Below, piece after piece: positions 54,539 to 62,933 of a DNA stretch of 64,000 nt. The notes under the pieces were generated by a model, which saw nothing but the letters and a program-made list of their open reading frames with translations, ran no database searches and was not told where the DNA came from. How positions within the stretch are numbered: position 1 is the first letter of the stretch; every line of letters begins with the position of its first letter. The translations under genes and the position numbers were made by a program. Origin of the DNA: an uncultured delta proteobacterium (GTDB lineage: Bacteria; Myxococcota; Kuafuiibacteriia; Kuafuiibacteriales; Kuafuiibacteriaceae); the NCBI GenBank assembly GCA_963803435.1, contig CAWDML010000010.1, positions 32,001-96,000 of the forward strand, given 5' to 3'.

Positions 54539-54556
54539 GAGTACGACCACGAAACT

Positions 54557-54596
54557 AAAAAAAAGGCCCCGCATCCGAATCTCCGGGTGCGGGGCC
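54557..54596 (-). terminator. Intrinsic attenuator terminator upstream of ilvD
   Basis: Minus strand GGCCCCGCACCCG-gagatt-CGGATGCGGGGCC followed by T8. Confidence 0.9.
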
Positions 54597-54618
54597 GTTT
54601 GGTGGCGACTTTCGTCGG

Positions 54619-54696
54619 CTAGGGCGGCCCGCACCCGCGAATGAGGATGGTAATGATAAGGAGGGCGAGCGGCCGGCTGCTGTACGACGTCATCAT
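54619..54696 (-). CDS. ilv/leu operon leader peptide [25 protein letters not shown]
   Basis: Leu/Ile run with CTT and ATT codons; 3' part CGGGTGCGGGCC is complementary to the terminator 5' arm. Confidence 0.85.
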   Translation of the reverse strand: MMTSYSSRPLALLIITILIRGCGPP

Positions 54697-54706
54697 CGGC
54701 GACGCG

Positions 54707-54737
54707 AATTTAGGCGACTGAAGACGCATCGTGTCAA
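54707..54737 (-). promoter_or_regulatory. Candidate sigma70-type promoter for the ilv/leu leader
   Basis: TTGACA (54737-54732) and TAAATT (54712-54707); the 19-bp spacer is longer than ideal. Confidence 0.45.
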
Positions 54738-54758
54738 GAGGGGTGAGTAAGATTTATT

Positions 54759-54780
54759 TTCACAAACCTACGTTTGTGAA
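54759..54780. promoter_or_regulatory. Perfect 9-bp inverted repeat, candidate activator-binding site
   Basis: TTCACAAAC-ctac-GTTTGTGAA. Confidence 0.65.
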
Positions 54781-54886
54781 GAATCGATCGCGGCCTCCGC
54801 GCGCTCGACTCGACACTTCGGTAGGTCGTCTCTCTCCTTCCCGACGCGAGCGTTGGTGAAGCGTGGGCTGCGGCCGCGGACACGCG

Positions 54887-54902
54887 CGGCATGGCGCTTG
54901 CC
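54887..54902 (+). promoter_or_regulatory. Sigma54 (-24/-12) promoter for amt
   Basis: CGGCATGGCGCTTGCC: GG-N10-GC with TTGC; ~26 bp before the ATG, GGAGG RBS follows. Confidence 0.7.
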
Positions 54903-54927
54903 AGTAGCGCCGACCGGAGGTTTCCAA

Positions 54928-56304
54928 ATGAACGAAACAAAGGTCGCTCTCGACACGATGTGGGTCATCGTCACGGGGGCGCTGGTCTTCTGGATGAACG
55001 CAGGGTTCGCTCTGCTCGAAACCGGCTTCTGCCGCGCCAAGAACGCGGTGAACATCCTGGCGAAGAACTTCACGGTCACGGCCTTCGCAGGCATGGCCTT
55101 CTTCGTCGCGGGGTTCGGGCTGATGTTCGCCGACGGCAACGGGTTCGTCGGCCTCGGCGGGCTCTTGCTCTCGGGCGCCGACAACAGTCCGGCGATGAAC
55201 GACGCCTACCAGGGCGTCTTCAGCTCGCTCGCATGGAGCGGCATTCCGCTCGAGGCCAAGTTCTTCTTCCAGGTCTGCTTCGCGATGACCGCCGCCTCGA
55301 TCGTCTCGGGCGCGGTCGCCGAGCGAATCAAGTTCCAGTCCTTCTGCGCCTTCGCGTTCGTGTTGAGCGTGGTGATCTATCCGATCACGGGCCACTGGAT
55401 CTGGGGCGGCGGCTGGCTCGCGGGGCTCGGCTTCTGGGACTTCGCGGGATCGACGCAGGTCCACTCGGTCGGCGGCTGGGCCGCCCTCGCCGGCATCTTG
55501 ATCCTGGGTGCCCGCAAGGACCGCTTCGGCGCCGACGGGAAGATCCGCGCCATCCCGGGCCACAGCATGGCGCTCGCCACCACCGGCGCGTTCATCCTCT
55601 GGCTGGGCTGGTTCGGCTTCAATGCGGGCAGCACGATGGCAGCCGACGCCGGCGCGATCGCGCACATCGCCACCACCACCATGCTGGCGGCGCTCGCGGG
55701 CGTGGGCTCCGCGCTGATCGTGAACTGGTTCCGCACTCGTGCCTTCGATCTCAGCATGATGATCAACGGCTCGCTGGCCGGCCTGGTCGGCATCACCGCC
55801 GGCTGTGCGTTCGTCTCGGCCGGCTCCTCGATCCTCATCGGCGGGCTGGCGGGCATGCTCGTGGTCTTCGGCGTCGAGCTCTTCGATCGCCTCAAGGTCG
55901 ACGATCCGGTCGGCGCCACCAGTGTCCACCTGCTCTGCGGACTCTGGGGAACGCTCGCGGTCGGTCTGTTCGCCGAGGCGCGCTTCAACGCGACCGTCGG
56001 CAACGGCCTCCTCTTCGGCGGCGGCCTCAAGCTGCTCGGAATGCAGGCTCTTGGCATGGTGGCCGTGGCCGTGTTCGTGTTCTCCAGCTCCTCCGTCCTC
56101 TGGTTCGCGATCAAGGCCACGATCGGCCTGCGCGTGTCGGAGGAGGAGGAGGCGATCGGGCTCGACCTGGCCGAGATGCGAATGCGCGCCTATCCAGGCG
56201 ACATCGCCGCCGCCGCCACCCTCCTCACCGGCGCCGGCAATGCCACCGACGCTGGCGAGCTCCCAGCCGCTGCGCCAGAAGCGCAGACGGCCGTGGAGGG
56301 GTGA
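54928..56304 (+). CDS. amt: Ammonium transporter (Amt family)
   Basis: AGFALLETG, SGAVAER, DFAGSTQVH, GWFGFN, DDPVGATSVH (twin His). Confidence 0.96.
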   Translation: MNETKVALDTMWVIVTGALVFWMNAGFALLETGFCRAKNAVNILAKNFTVTAFAGMAFFVAGFGLMFADGNGFVGLGGLLLSGADNSPAMNDAYQGVFSSLAWSGIPLEAKFFFQVCFAMTAASIVSGAVAERIKFQSFCAFAFVLSVVIYPITGHWIWGGGWLAGLGFWDFAGSTQVHSVGGWAALAGILILGARKDRFGADGKIRAIPGHSMALATTGAFILWLGWFGFNAGSTMAADAGAIAHIATTTMLAALAGVGSALIVNWFRTRAFDLSMMINGSLAGLVGITAGCAFVSAGSSILIGGLAGMLVVFGVELFDRLKVDDPVGATSVHLLCGLWGTLAVGLFAEARFNATVGNGLLFGGGLKLLGMQALGMVAVAVFVFSSSSVLWFAIKATIGLRVSEEEEAIGLDLAEMRMRAYPGDIAAAATLLTGAGNATDAGELPAAAPEAQTAVEG

Positions 56305-56307
56305 GCC

Positions 56308-57396
56308 ATGCAGCTGCTCCAACTCGTGTTGACGGCGACTGCCGCGTTTGCCGATCCAGCGCTCGCCGATCCGCCGCTCGCCACCCAGACGGAGGCGGAG
56401 ACGCCCTGGTGGGAGGGCTTCTCGGTGGAGGTCTTCGCAGACGCTCGCTATGTATGGGACTGGAACTCGCCCGACGCCCCGGAGGAGACCGGCACGGTCG
56501 CACACCGCGCCTTCGAGGGGAGCACCGGCTTCGGCCTCTCCTTCCTGGGCATCGACGCGAGCTACTCCTACAAGAGCGTCGGCGCCACGGCCGGGCTGCG
56601 CTTCGGGGCATCGACACCCCGACTCCTCGGCGATGTGGCGCTCATCGAGAACGTGAAGCAGGCGTATCTCACGTTCCGGCCCATCGACGAGATCGAGCTC
56701 GATCTCGGTCAGTTCGATACGATCTACGGAGCGGAGGTCGCGGAGAGCTTCAAGAACTTCAACTATACGCGCGGCGCGCTCTACTTTCTGATGCAGCCCT
56801 TCTACCACACCGGTCTGCGGGCGAGCGTGAAGCTGGGCGGCCAATTCACGCTCAAGGGTCTGGTCGTCAACGGCGTCAACAATCCGATCGACAACAACTT
56901 CTCACCGGACCTCGGGCTCCAGATCGTCTGGTCGCCGGGACCGGTCGAGATCTATCTCGGGTACCTCGGGGCCGCGCAGCCCGACGGGGAGACGTTCGCG
57001 AACTTCGTCGATCTTCTGGTGACGAGCCGGCTGGAGGACCTGGAGCTCAGCTTCAACGCCGACCTCGGGCTCGCGGATCCGGAGGGCGACGGTGCGCGCG
57101 GCAAGTACTATGGCGCGAGCCTGGCCGCGCGCTACACGTTCGTCTACTGGCTCGCGGCTGCGATCCGGGGCGAGCTGCTGCGCGATCAGGACGGTGTCTT
57201 CTACGGCACCGAGACCAAGCTCGCCACGGCGACCGCGACGCTCGAGATCTCTCCGCTGCAGACCCGGAACATCATCTTCCGTCTCGACAACCGCTTCGAG
57301 AAAGCGAGCGCCGACATCTTTCCGAAGGGCGGAGGACGGATGAGTAATCTCTGGTTCTCCACGGTCTTCGGCGTCGTGGTCGCGGTCGGAACCTGA
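56308..57396 (+). CDS. Outer-membrane beta-barrel porin (BBP2/OmpL-like)
   Basis: VKQAY, GQFDTIYGAEVAE…NFNYTRG, PFYHTGLR; alternating beta-strand pattern. Confidence 0.8.
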   Translation: MQLLQLVLTATAAFADPALADPPLATQTEAETPWWEGFSVEVFADARYVWDWNSPDAPEETGTVAHRAFEGSTGFGLSFLGIDASYSYKSVGATAGLRFGASTPRLLGDVALIENVKQAYLTFRPIDEIELDLGQFDTIYGAEVAESFKNFNYTRGALYFLMQPFYHTGLRASVKLGGQFTLKGLVVNGVNNPIDNNFSPDLGLQIVWSPGPVEIYLGYLGAAQPDGETFANFVDLLVTSRLEDLELSFNADLGLADPEGDGARGKYYGASLAARYTFVYWLAAAIRGELLRDQDGVFYGTETKLATATATLEISPLQTRNIIFRLDNRFEKASADIFPKGGGRMSNLWFSTVFGVVVAVGT

Positions 57397-57501
57397 CCGT
57401 CCGCCCCGCCCAACCTACCCGACGGTCGACAGCTCGCCGCTGGTCGAAGGACGGGCGGGGTGTGCAGGTGTTGCAAGAGAACTTGCTCAACGCCAGGACG
57501 G

Positions 57502-57642
57502 GCGACGGTCACCCGCATCCTCCGGGAGACCTACCACCCGTACGTGGTCTGGTACCCGCTCGCCGCGATCGGGCTGGTGTCGACCATCGGGCTCTTCATC
57601 TTCGCGCGGATGGCCGCGCGCGGCTCCGACATGAACAAGTGA
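57502..57642 (+). pseudogene. Probable C-terminal remnant of an MFS transporter
   Basis: ETYHPYVVWYPLAAIGLVSTIGLFIFARMA…DMNK*: one TM helix, high GC3, no start or upstream part. Confidence 0.5.
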
Positions 57643-57684
57643 GTCACAGTCGCCCGTCGTCGTGTTCCGCGCTATGGAGGCGCC

Positions 57685-59709
57685 GTGGCGTGGGCCATCT
57701 TCGCGAGCTCGTTCATCGAAGAGATCGTCCGGACCAAGGGCGGCGCTCTGGCCGGAACCATCCCGGAACCCACCACCGAATCGGTGCGGGCCGAGTTCGT
57801 GGCGGCCGCCCAGCGCGCGGTGCGGCGGGAGCTGGGTGAGGACGCGCCGGTCGAGGTGGAGCTGACCGATGACCTGGGCGACGTGTTGTACTTTCAGGTG
57901 GTCAGAGCCGTCGAGGCGCCGCGCGCGCGCGACGAGATCTCCTTGCTGGCGCTGCGGCGCGTCGATCCCGAGGCGGCCGCCAGCGGGAAGCTCCGCGTTC
58001 CCTTGTATTACACCGAGAATCCGGGCGAGCGCGCCACCGCCCCTCGGCTCGAGGAGAGGTACGGGGCGTTGCTCCCGCTCCCGATCCATTCGAAGCCGCT
58101 CTGGGACCGCCTGACCGAAGAGCTCAACGCGCTGGTCCTGCGGTACTTCCCAGCGCCCGAGTTTGCGCCCGGAACGCTGGGCGCGCTGCTGGCGAGCGGA
58201 GGTGGCTGGACGCGCGGCCTCACGGTGAAGCGCGGCGATCTCGAGATCGTTCTGGAGTCTGCCTATCTCGACTTCATCCGGCTCCGGGTGACCGGCGGGT
58301 GGATCGACTACGGCTTCGTCACCGTCTTCAAGAAGGCCGGCGTCGAGATCTTTCGGGGGCGCGGGCATGCCGCCGACCGGCTGGGAGAGGGGCGCGATGC
58401 GCCCTGGCTATCGCCGCTCAGCGCCGGCGACAACGACGGCAGCGTGCTGGCGTGGGGCCAGCTCCCGGCCAGCGCCGAGCCCGCGCCGGACTTCGTGGCC
58501 GGCCTCCAGGCGCTCGTCGACAACCTGGCCGCCGGCAAGAGCGCCAACCTCACCACGGTGAAGGCGCTGCTGGTCGCGGCGATCGAGCCGCCGATCCGAG
58601 GAGGCCTGTGGGATTGGATGGAGAAGGCGCTGCCGCCGCTGGTGAACGGCCACGTCGTCGAGCTCACGTACGACGACGTCCGGGTCCGCTTCGAGGTCAA
58701 CGAGACCTATCCGCCGCAGACCGGGCTGGTGTACTTCGGCGACTCGGGCGTGGGGCTGGTCGCGAGCGCCAGCGATCGGGCGGCGTCGGATCGGCCGGGC
58801 GAGTCCCTCCAGACGGGCAGTGTGGGCCCCGAGGCCCTGACGCTGCGCGGCCCCGAGACCGAGGACGAGGAGCGGGCGCTCCGGCGGATCGCGGCGACGT
58901 TCCTGGAGTGGCTCGACGTGCACCTGGCGCATCACGTCGCGGATCGGGGCATCGAATTCATCGACTCCGGCAGCTATTTCTACGCCTTCTCGGGCTACTT
59001 CCCGCTGGTGCAGCTCCTGGAGCAGCGCATCCGCTGGGGCGATCCCGGCGAGCCGCCCGTGCCGGCGTTCGACGACGACGCCCTCGATCGCGCCGGGCGC
59101 AGCCTCAAGCCGATCGTCGGTGAGGAGCGCCGCGCCCAGGCGATCGCCGCCCTGAAGATGAACCCGGAGCACGTCATCGCGCTGTTCTCGGTGCGGGGCT
59201 GGACGGTCGCGCTCCTCGACGACCTGACCGGGTTCCCGTTCGGCTCCTACTGCGGCATCGAGGTGCTCCCGCCGGACGGCGGTGATGCCGTGAACGTGAT
59301 GATGGTCGACGCCTGGAACCCGCCGGCACGCACCGTGGTGGACGGCGACGCCTTCGCGTTCCGGCGCTTCGTGAGCTGGCTTCGCGGAGGCATCGTCCGC
59401 GGCGGCTACGATCTGGAGGTCCGGTACGCGGGCTCGGATCCGGGGGACGAGGAAGAGCTCGGTCCCCAGCCGCACACGCTGTCGCTCTCGGACTGGCTGC
59501 TCTTTGGACTGCCCGACACCGGCGATCGCTTCCTGGTGGACTGGCGCGCCCAGTGGCACATCGTCAACGCCGTGCGCGGCATCGACAGCTTCTCCGGCAT
59601 CTACGGTTTCACCGGCGCGTACATGGAGAAGCTACGGGCGTACGACATCCCGGTGTGGCGGCGCTTCCTGAGAGAGGTGATCGATCCTCGGTTCCCGCCC
59701 TCGGGTTGA
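57685..59709 (+). CDS. Hypothetical protein with N-terminal NusA-NTD-like domain
   Basis: IEEIVRTKG…AAAQRAVRRELGEDAPVEVEL..DLGDV..FQV…V…EISL..LRRVDP; GGAGG RBS before GTG. Confidence 0.75.
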   Translation: MAWAIFASSFIEEIVRTKGGALAGTIPEPTTESVRAEFVAAAQRAVRRELGEDAPVEVELTDDLGDVLYFQVVRAVEAPRARDEISLLALRRVDPEAAASGKLRVPLYYTENPGERATAPRLEERYGALLPLPIHSKPLWDRLTEELNALVLRYFPAPEFAPGTLGALLASGGGWTRGLTVKRGDLEIVLESAYLDFIRLRVTGGWIDYGFVTVFKKAGVEIFRGRGHAADRLGEGRDAPWLSPLSAGDNDGSVLAWGQLPASAEPAPDFVAGLQALVDNLAAGKSANLTTVKALLVAAIEPPIRGGLWDWMEKALPPLVNGHVVELTYDDVRVRFEVNETYPPQTGLVYFGDSGVGLVASASDRAASDRPGESLQTGSVGPEALTLRGPETEDEERALRRIAATFLEWLDVHLAHHVADRGIEFIDSGSYFYAFSGYFPLVQLLEQRIRWGDPGEPPVPAFDDDALDRAGRSLKPIVGEERRAQAIAALKMNPEHVIALFSVRGWTVALLDDLTGFPFGSYCGIEVLPPDGGDAVNVMMVDAWNPPARTVVDGDAFAFRRFVSWLRGGIVRGGYDLEVRYAGSDPGDEEELGPQPHTLSLSDWLLFGLPDTGDRFLVDWRAQWHIVNAVRGIDSFSGIYGFTGAYMEKLRAYDIPVWRRFLREVIDPRFPPSG

Positions 59710-59788
59710 ATCTCGCGATCTGCGTGTCAGGTCCTCGAGCCCCGAACCGGTCATCCGGGTATGCGGCCCGGTAATTCCCCCGGGCCGT

Positions 59789-61006
59789 CTATGGGAGCGG
59801 CTCGGGCGGCGACTCCTCGAATATCTGGGCGGGCCCGCCGCCGATGACCAGGATGCCCTGGGCAGCGGGCAGCCGGGTGGCGCTGGCGTTCCCGGTGTGG
59901 CCGCCCCACTCGATCATATCCGGGCCGTTCTCCCAGCCTTGATCCTGCAGCCGGTAGATCTGGGGAGTGCGAATGTTCTCCCAGACCGAATCACCCACGA
60001 TCAGGATACGCGCATCCGACAATTCGGCGACCGCTGGGTAAGGACGAGTGAACGCCTCGGAGGCTTCCCAGCCGTCTCGCCCGAGACGGTAGACGGCGCT
60101 GCTCACGACCAGGATCTGTCCGGCGTCCGTGCTCAGAGCCGAGGTCAACAGCGGCAGGCTCGCCGGCAGGGGAGGGCCATCGATCCACGAGCCGTCGCTG
60201 GTGTCGAACAACTCGGTGCTATCCAGCACGGTTCTTCGATCGCAACACGGCGACCGGTACAGGTAGCCGCCCATGACCATGACCTTGCCTTTCGGTGCGA
60301 CGACAGCCCCATGGCCGTAGCGAGCGCTCGCGAGGGGCGACCCGAGCGCCCACGACAGGGTGGCTGGATCGAAGATCTCGCTGACGGCGCTGCTGTCCGC
60401 CGTTCCTTCATCGGACATGCTCTCGATGCCGCCCGCGAGCAGCACCCGACCATCCGGTAGCACGGTCGCAGAGCTTCGTGCGCGCGGACTGTGCAGCGAG
60501 CCTCCAGGTGCCCAGCTGTTGGACTCGGGATCGAAGATCATCGCGCCGGCGAGCAGGGCACCGCCCGGGCACAACCCGCCCGCGATCAGCACCCGGCCGT
60601 CGGGGAGCGTGACGGCGGCGTGTCCAAACCTGGGCGGGATGGGCGACTCGAGCTGGGACCAGCTGTCATCCTGGATCCGATATATCCAGGCACCCACGGT
60701 CGGTGCCTCGGCCTCGAAGCCGCAGTTCCCGACCACCACCACGGCCTGGCCCGTTCGGGATGCGGTGTGCTCGCCGCAATAGAAGCGGCGCGCACCCGCC
60801 AATCTCCAGCGCGCGCACCGGCCGGACTCTTCGCGGAAGGTACTCGCCGGGCATGAGAGCGCGTCCGCGCTGTCTGAGCCTGCGTCCCTGTCGGCGGGCT
60901 GAGCAGGCTGGTCCAGCTCGGGCACCGGCGGGAGATCCAGGCCTTCCACGCCCGCGTTCGAACAGCCCGCCAGAACCCCCAACAGCCATAGACAACGATG
61001 TTTCAT
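59789..61006 (-). CDS. Kelch-repeat lipoprotein
   Basis: Lipobox LAGC; PRFGHAAVTLPDGRVLIAGG…IFDP…W repeats. Confidence 0.88.
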   Translation of the reverse strand: MKHRCLWLLGVLAGCSNAGVEGLDLPPVPELDQPAQPADRDAGSDSADALSCPASTFREESGRCARWRLAGARRFYCGEHTASRTGQAVVVVGNCGFEAEAPTVGAWIYRIQDDSWSQLESPIPPRFGHAAVTLPDGRVLIAGGLCPGGALLAGAMIFDPESNSWAPGGSLHSPRARSSATVLPDGRVLLAGGIESMSDEGTADSSAVSEIFDPATLSWALGSPLASARYGHGAVVAPKGKVMVMGGYLYRSPCCDRRTVLDSTELFDTSDGSWIDGPPLPASLPLLTSALSTDAGQILVVSSAVYRLGRDGWEASEAFTRPYPAVAELSDARILIVGDSVWENIRTPQIYRLQDQGWENGPDMIEWGGHTGNASATRLPAAQGILVIGGGPAQIFEESPPEPLP

Positions 61007-61029
61007 GGCCCAATATCCTCCCGGAGATT

Positions 61030-61046
61030 AATCAAAACAATTGATT
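61030..61046. promoter_or_regulatory. LysR-type T-N11-A box
   Basis: AATCAA-AACAA-TTGATT in the AT-rich divergent spacer. Confidence 0.65.
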
Positions 61047-61079
61047 TATATTTACGGAATAAATAATCAATGCTCACGA

Positions 61080-61997
61080 ATGGAGCTCACCGATCTCGTC
61101 TACTTTCGCAACGTCGCCGACAGCCTCAGCTTCAAAGAGGGCGCGCGCCGCTCTCACGTGTCTTCTCCTGCCATCAGCAAGACGATCGCTAAGCTCGAGC
61201 AAGAGCTGGGTACGAAGCTGCTCGCGCGCACGACGCGACAGGTCCGCCTCACGCCGTCCGGCGAGGTGCTGCTCAGCGGTAGCCGGCGGGTGATCGAAGA
61301 GATCGAGGCGATCCGCCGCGAGATCGATCAGGTCGAGTCGGTGGTCCGAGGCGCGCTCAAGATCGGAGCCCTGGAGGTCTACTCCCTGTATCTGCTGCCG
61401 CTGGCCATCGCTCGCATCGTGGAGCGCCATCCCGAGCTGACGCCCAAGAGCTACGAGATGATCCCCGATCAGATCGAGCGGCGGGTGGCCAGCGGTGATT
61501 TGGACGTGGGCTTGTCCATCGGGTCGGCCCCCGTCGGCCCGCTGCTGGAGCGGGTCCGCCTCGGCACCTCTCCCGGTCTTGTGGTGTGTGGGCGCTCCCA
61601 CCCATTGTTCGCGCGCGGCCGCATCGATGAAAAGGCACTCCAGCAGCACGCCTTCGTGATCCCCGAGTTCCTCGGGCAGGAGCACCTTCCCGTCCTCGAC
61701 CAATTCCCGGACGCCCGACACCCTCGAAGGATCGGCGCGACCATCGAGTTGCTGCAGATGGGCGTCCAGCTCACGCTCAGCGGGAAGTACATCGGCTGCT
61801 TCCCGGAGATCTCGGTCCGCAGCCACGTGGCGGCGGGGACGCTCCGCGCACTGAAGGGGCTCGCGCCCTGGGCCCCGTTCGAGCTCTACGCCGTCGTCAG
61901 AAAGGGCATCCGCCCCAAGCCGGCGGTGCCCATTCTGATCGACACGATCAAGGCCGGCCTGACCGCGCCCAGGGCGCGAGCGTCCCGCCGCAAGTAG
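61080..61997 (+). CDS. LysR family transcriptional regulator
   Basis: SFKEGARRSHVSSPAISKTIAKLEQELGTKLLARTTRQVRLTPSG. Confidence 0.95.
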   Translation: MELTDLVYFRNVADSLSFKEGARRSHVSSPAISKTIAKLEQELGTKLLARTTRQVRLTPSGEVLLSGSRRVIEEIEAIRREIDQVESVVRGALKIGALEVYSLYLLPLAIARIVERHPELTPKSYEMIPDQIERRVASGDLDVGLSIGSAPVGPLLERVRLGTSPGLVVCGRSHPLFARGRIDEKALQQHAFVIPEFLGQEHLPVLDQFPDARHPRRIGATIELLQMGVQLTLSGKYIGCFPEISVRSHVAAGTLRALKGLAPWAPFELYAVVRKGIRPKPAVPILIDTIKAGLTAPRARASRRK

Positions 61998-62138
61998 CGT
62001 GATAGGCCTCCTTCGCGGCCGAGTCGGCGCACGTAACGAAGCAGCGCCCGTGGGATCTCGACGCGGGCGGGGCGGCTATCGGTGCTCGCGGGCGACGCCC
62101 ACCAGTTGGCACGAATCGCGCGCGCTGGGCCCCGCTCC

Positions 62139-62933
62139 TCAGCCGAAGGTCCCGACGATCTTCGCTGTCGCGTCCTCGGGCGCGTCCGCCGGCAGGGGAG
62201 CGCTCGAGCGGAGGAAGCGTTCGAGCCAGCGCCGGTCGAGGGGTGCGTCGAGATCGCGACGGTCGAGCGCGGCGATCGTCGACTCGGTCTTCCGCCCGAT
62301 CGCGGGGCCGCGGCCGACGGCGAAGCCCGAGAGCAAGAGCGCGGCTCGCGTCGAGGTGGCGGTGCCGAAGGTGTGGACGGTGGCGCGCTCGGCGCAGGCC
62401 GCGCGCAGCGCGGTGAAGGTGGCGATGTTCCAGAGCTCGGGGCTCGCCTTGGGAGAGAAGGGATCCCAGAAGACGATGTCGGCGCGCCCGCCGGCGCGAG
62501 CCAGCGAGCCGGGGAGGTCGTCGAGGATCAGCCGCCACGAGGTCCGGTCGGTGGCGTGAGCGCCGTCGCGGAGCACGGCGCTTGCGGCGGCGGCCGCGCG
62601 CGGATCGAAGCCGAAGGCGGCCGCGTGCTCGGGCGCGAGGGCGAGCGCCAGCGCGTCCGCCGTGCGATCGAAGCTGATGATCCGCAACGGATGACCCGCG
62701 GGGCGAGCCTCCGACGCGCGCCACGCCGCCGCCGCGTTCGATCCGGCGCCGAGCCCGACGTCGAACAGCGTGATCGGGCCCTCGACGAGTCGCCGGACGA
62801 GGCGCGCCGGCTCGACGTAGAGCGTGGTCGCCTCCACGAGCGGTCCCACGGGATGCATCAGCTCCCCGCTCTGTCGGTCCCGCATCGCCCGCGGGCCGTC
62901 GCGGGTCTCGACCACCTCGAACCGCGAGCTCAT
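62139..62933 (-). CDS. MnmC-methyltransferase-domain-like SAM-dependent protein
   Basis: GELMHP, FDVGLGAGSN, FWDPFSPKASPELW; ATGA overlap with tgt. Confidence 0.82.
   Translation of the reverse strand: MSSRFEVVETRDGPRAMRDRQSGELMHPVGPLVEATTLYVEPARLVRRLVEGPITLFDVGLGAGSNAAAAWRASEARPAGHPLRIISFDRTADALALALAPEHAAAFGFDPRAAAAASAVLRDGAHATDRTSWRLILDDLPGSLARAGGRADIVFWDPFSPKASPELWNIATFTALRAACAERATVHTFGTATSTRAALLLSGFAVGRGPAIGRKTESTIAALDRRDLDAPLDRRWLERFLRSSAPLPADAPEDATAKIVGTFG

Noticed and set aside
59764-59787. Hairpin CGGCCCGG-N8-CCGGGCCG between convergent genes as a terminator
   Set aside because: No U-tract on either side; GC hairpins are common by chance here
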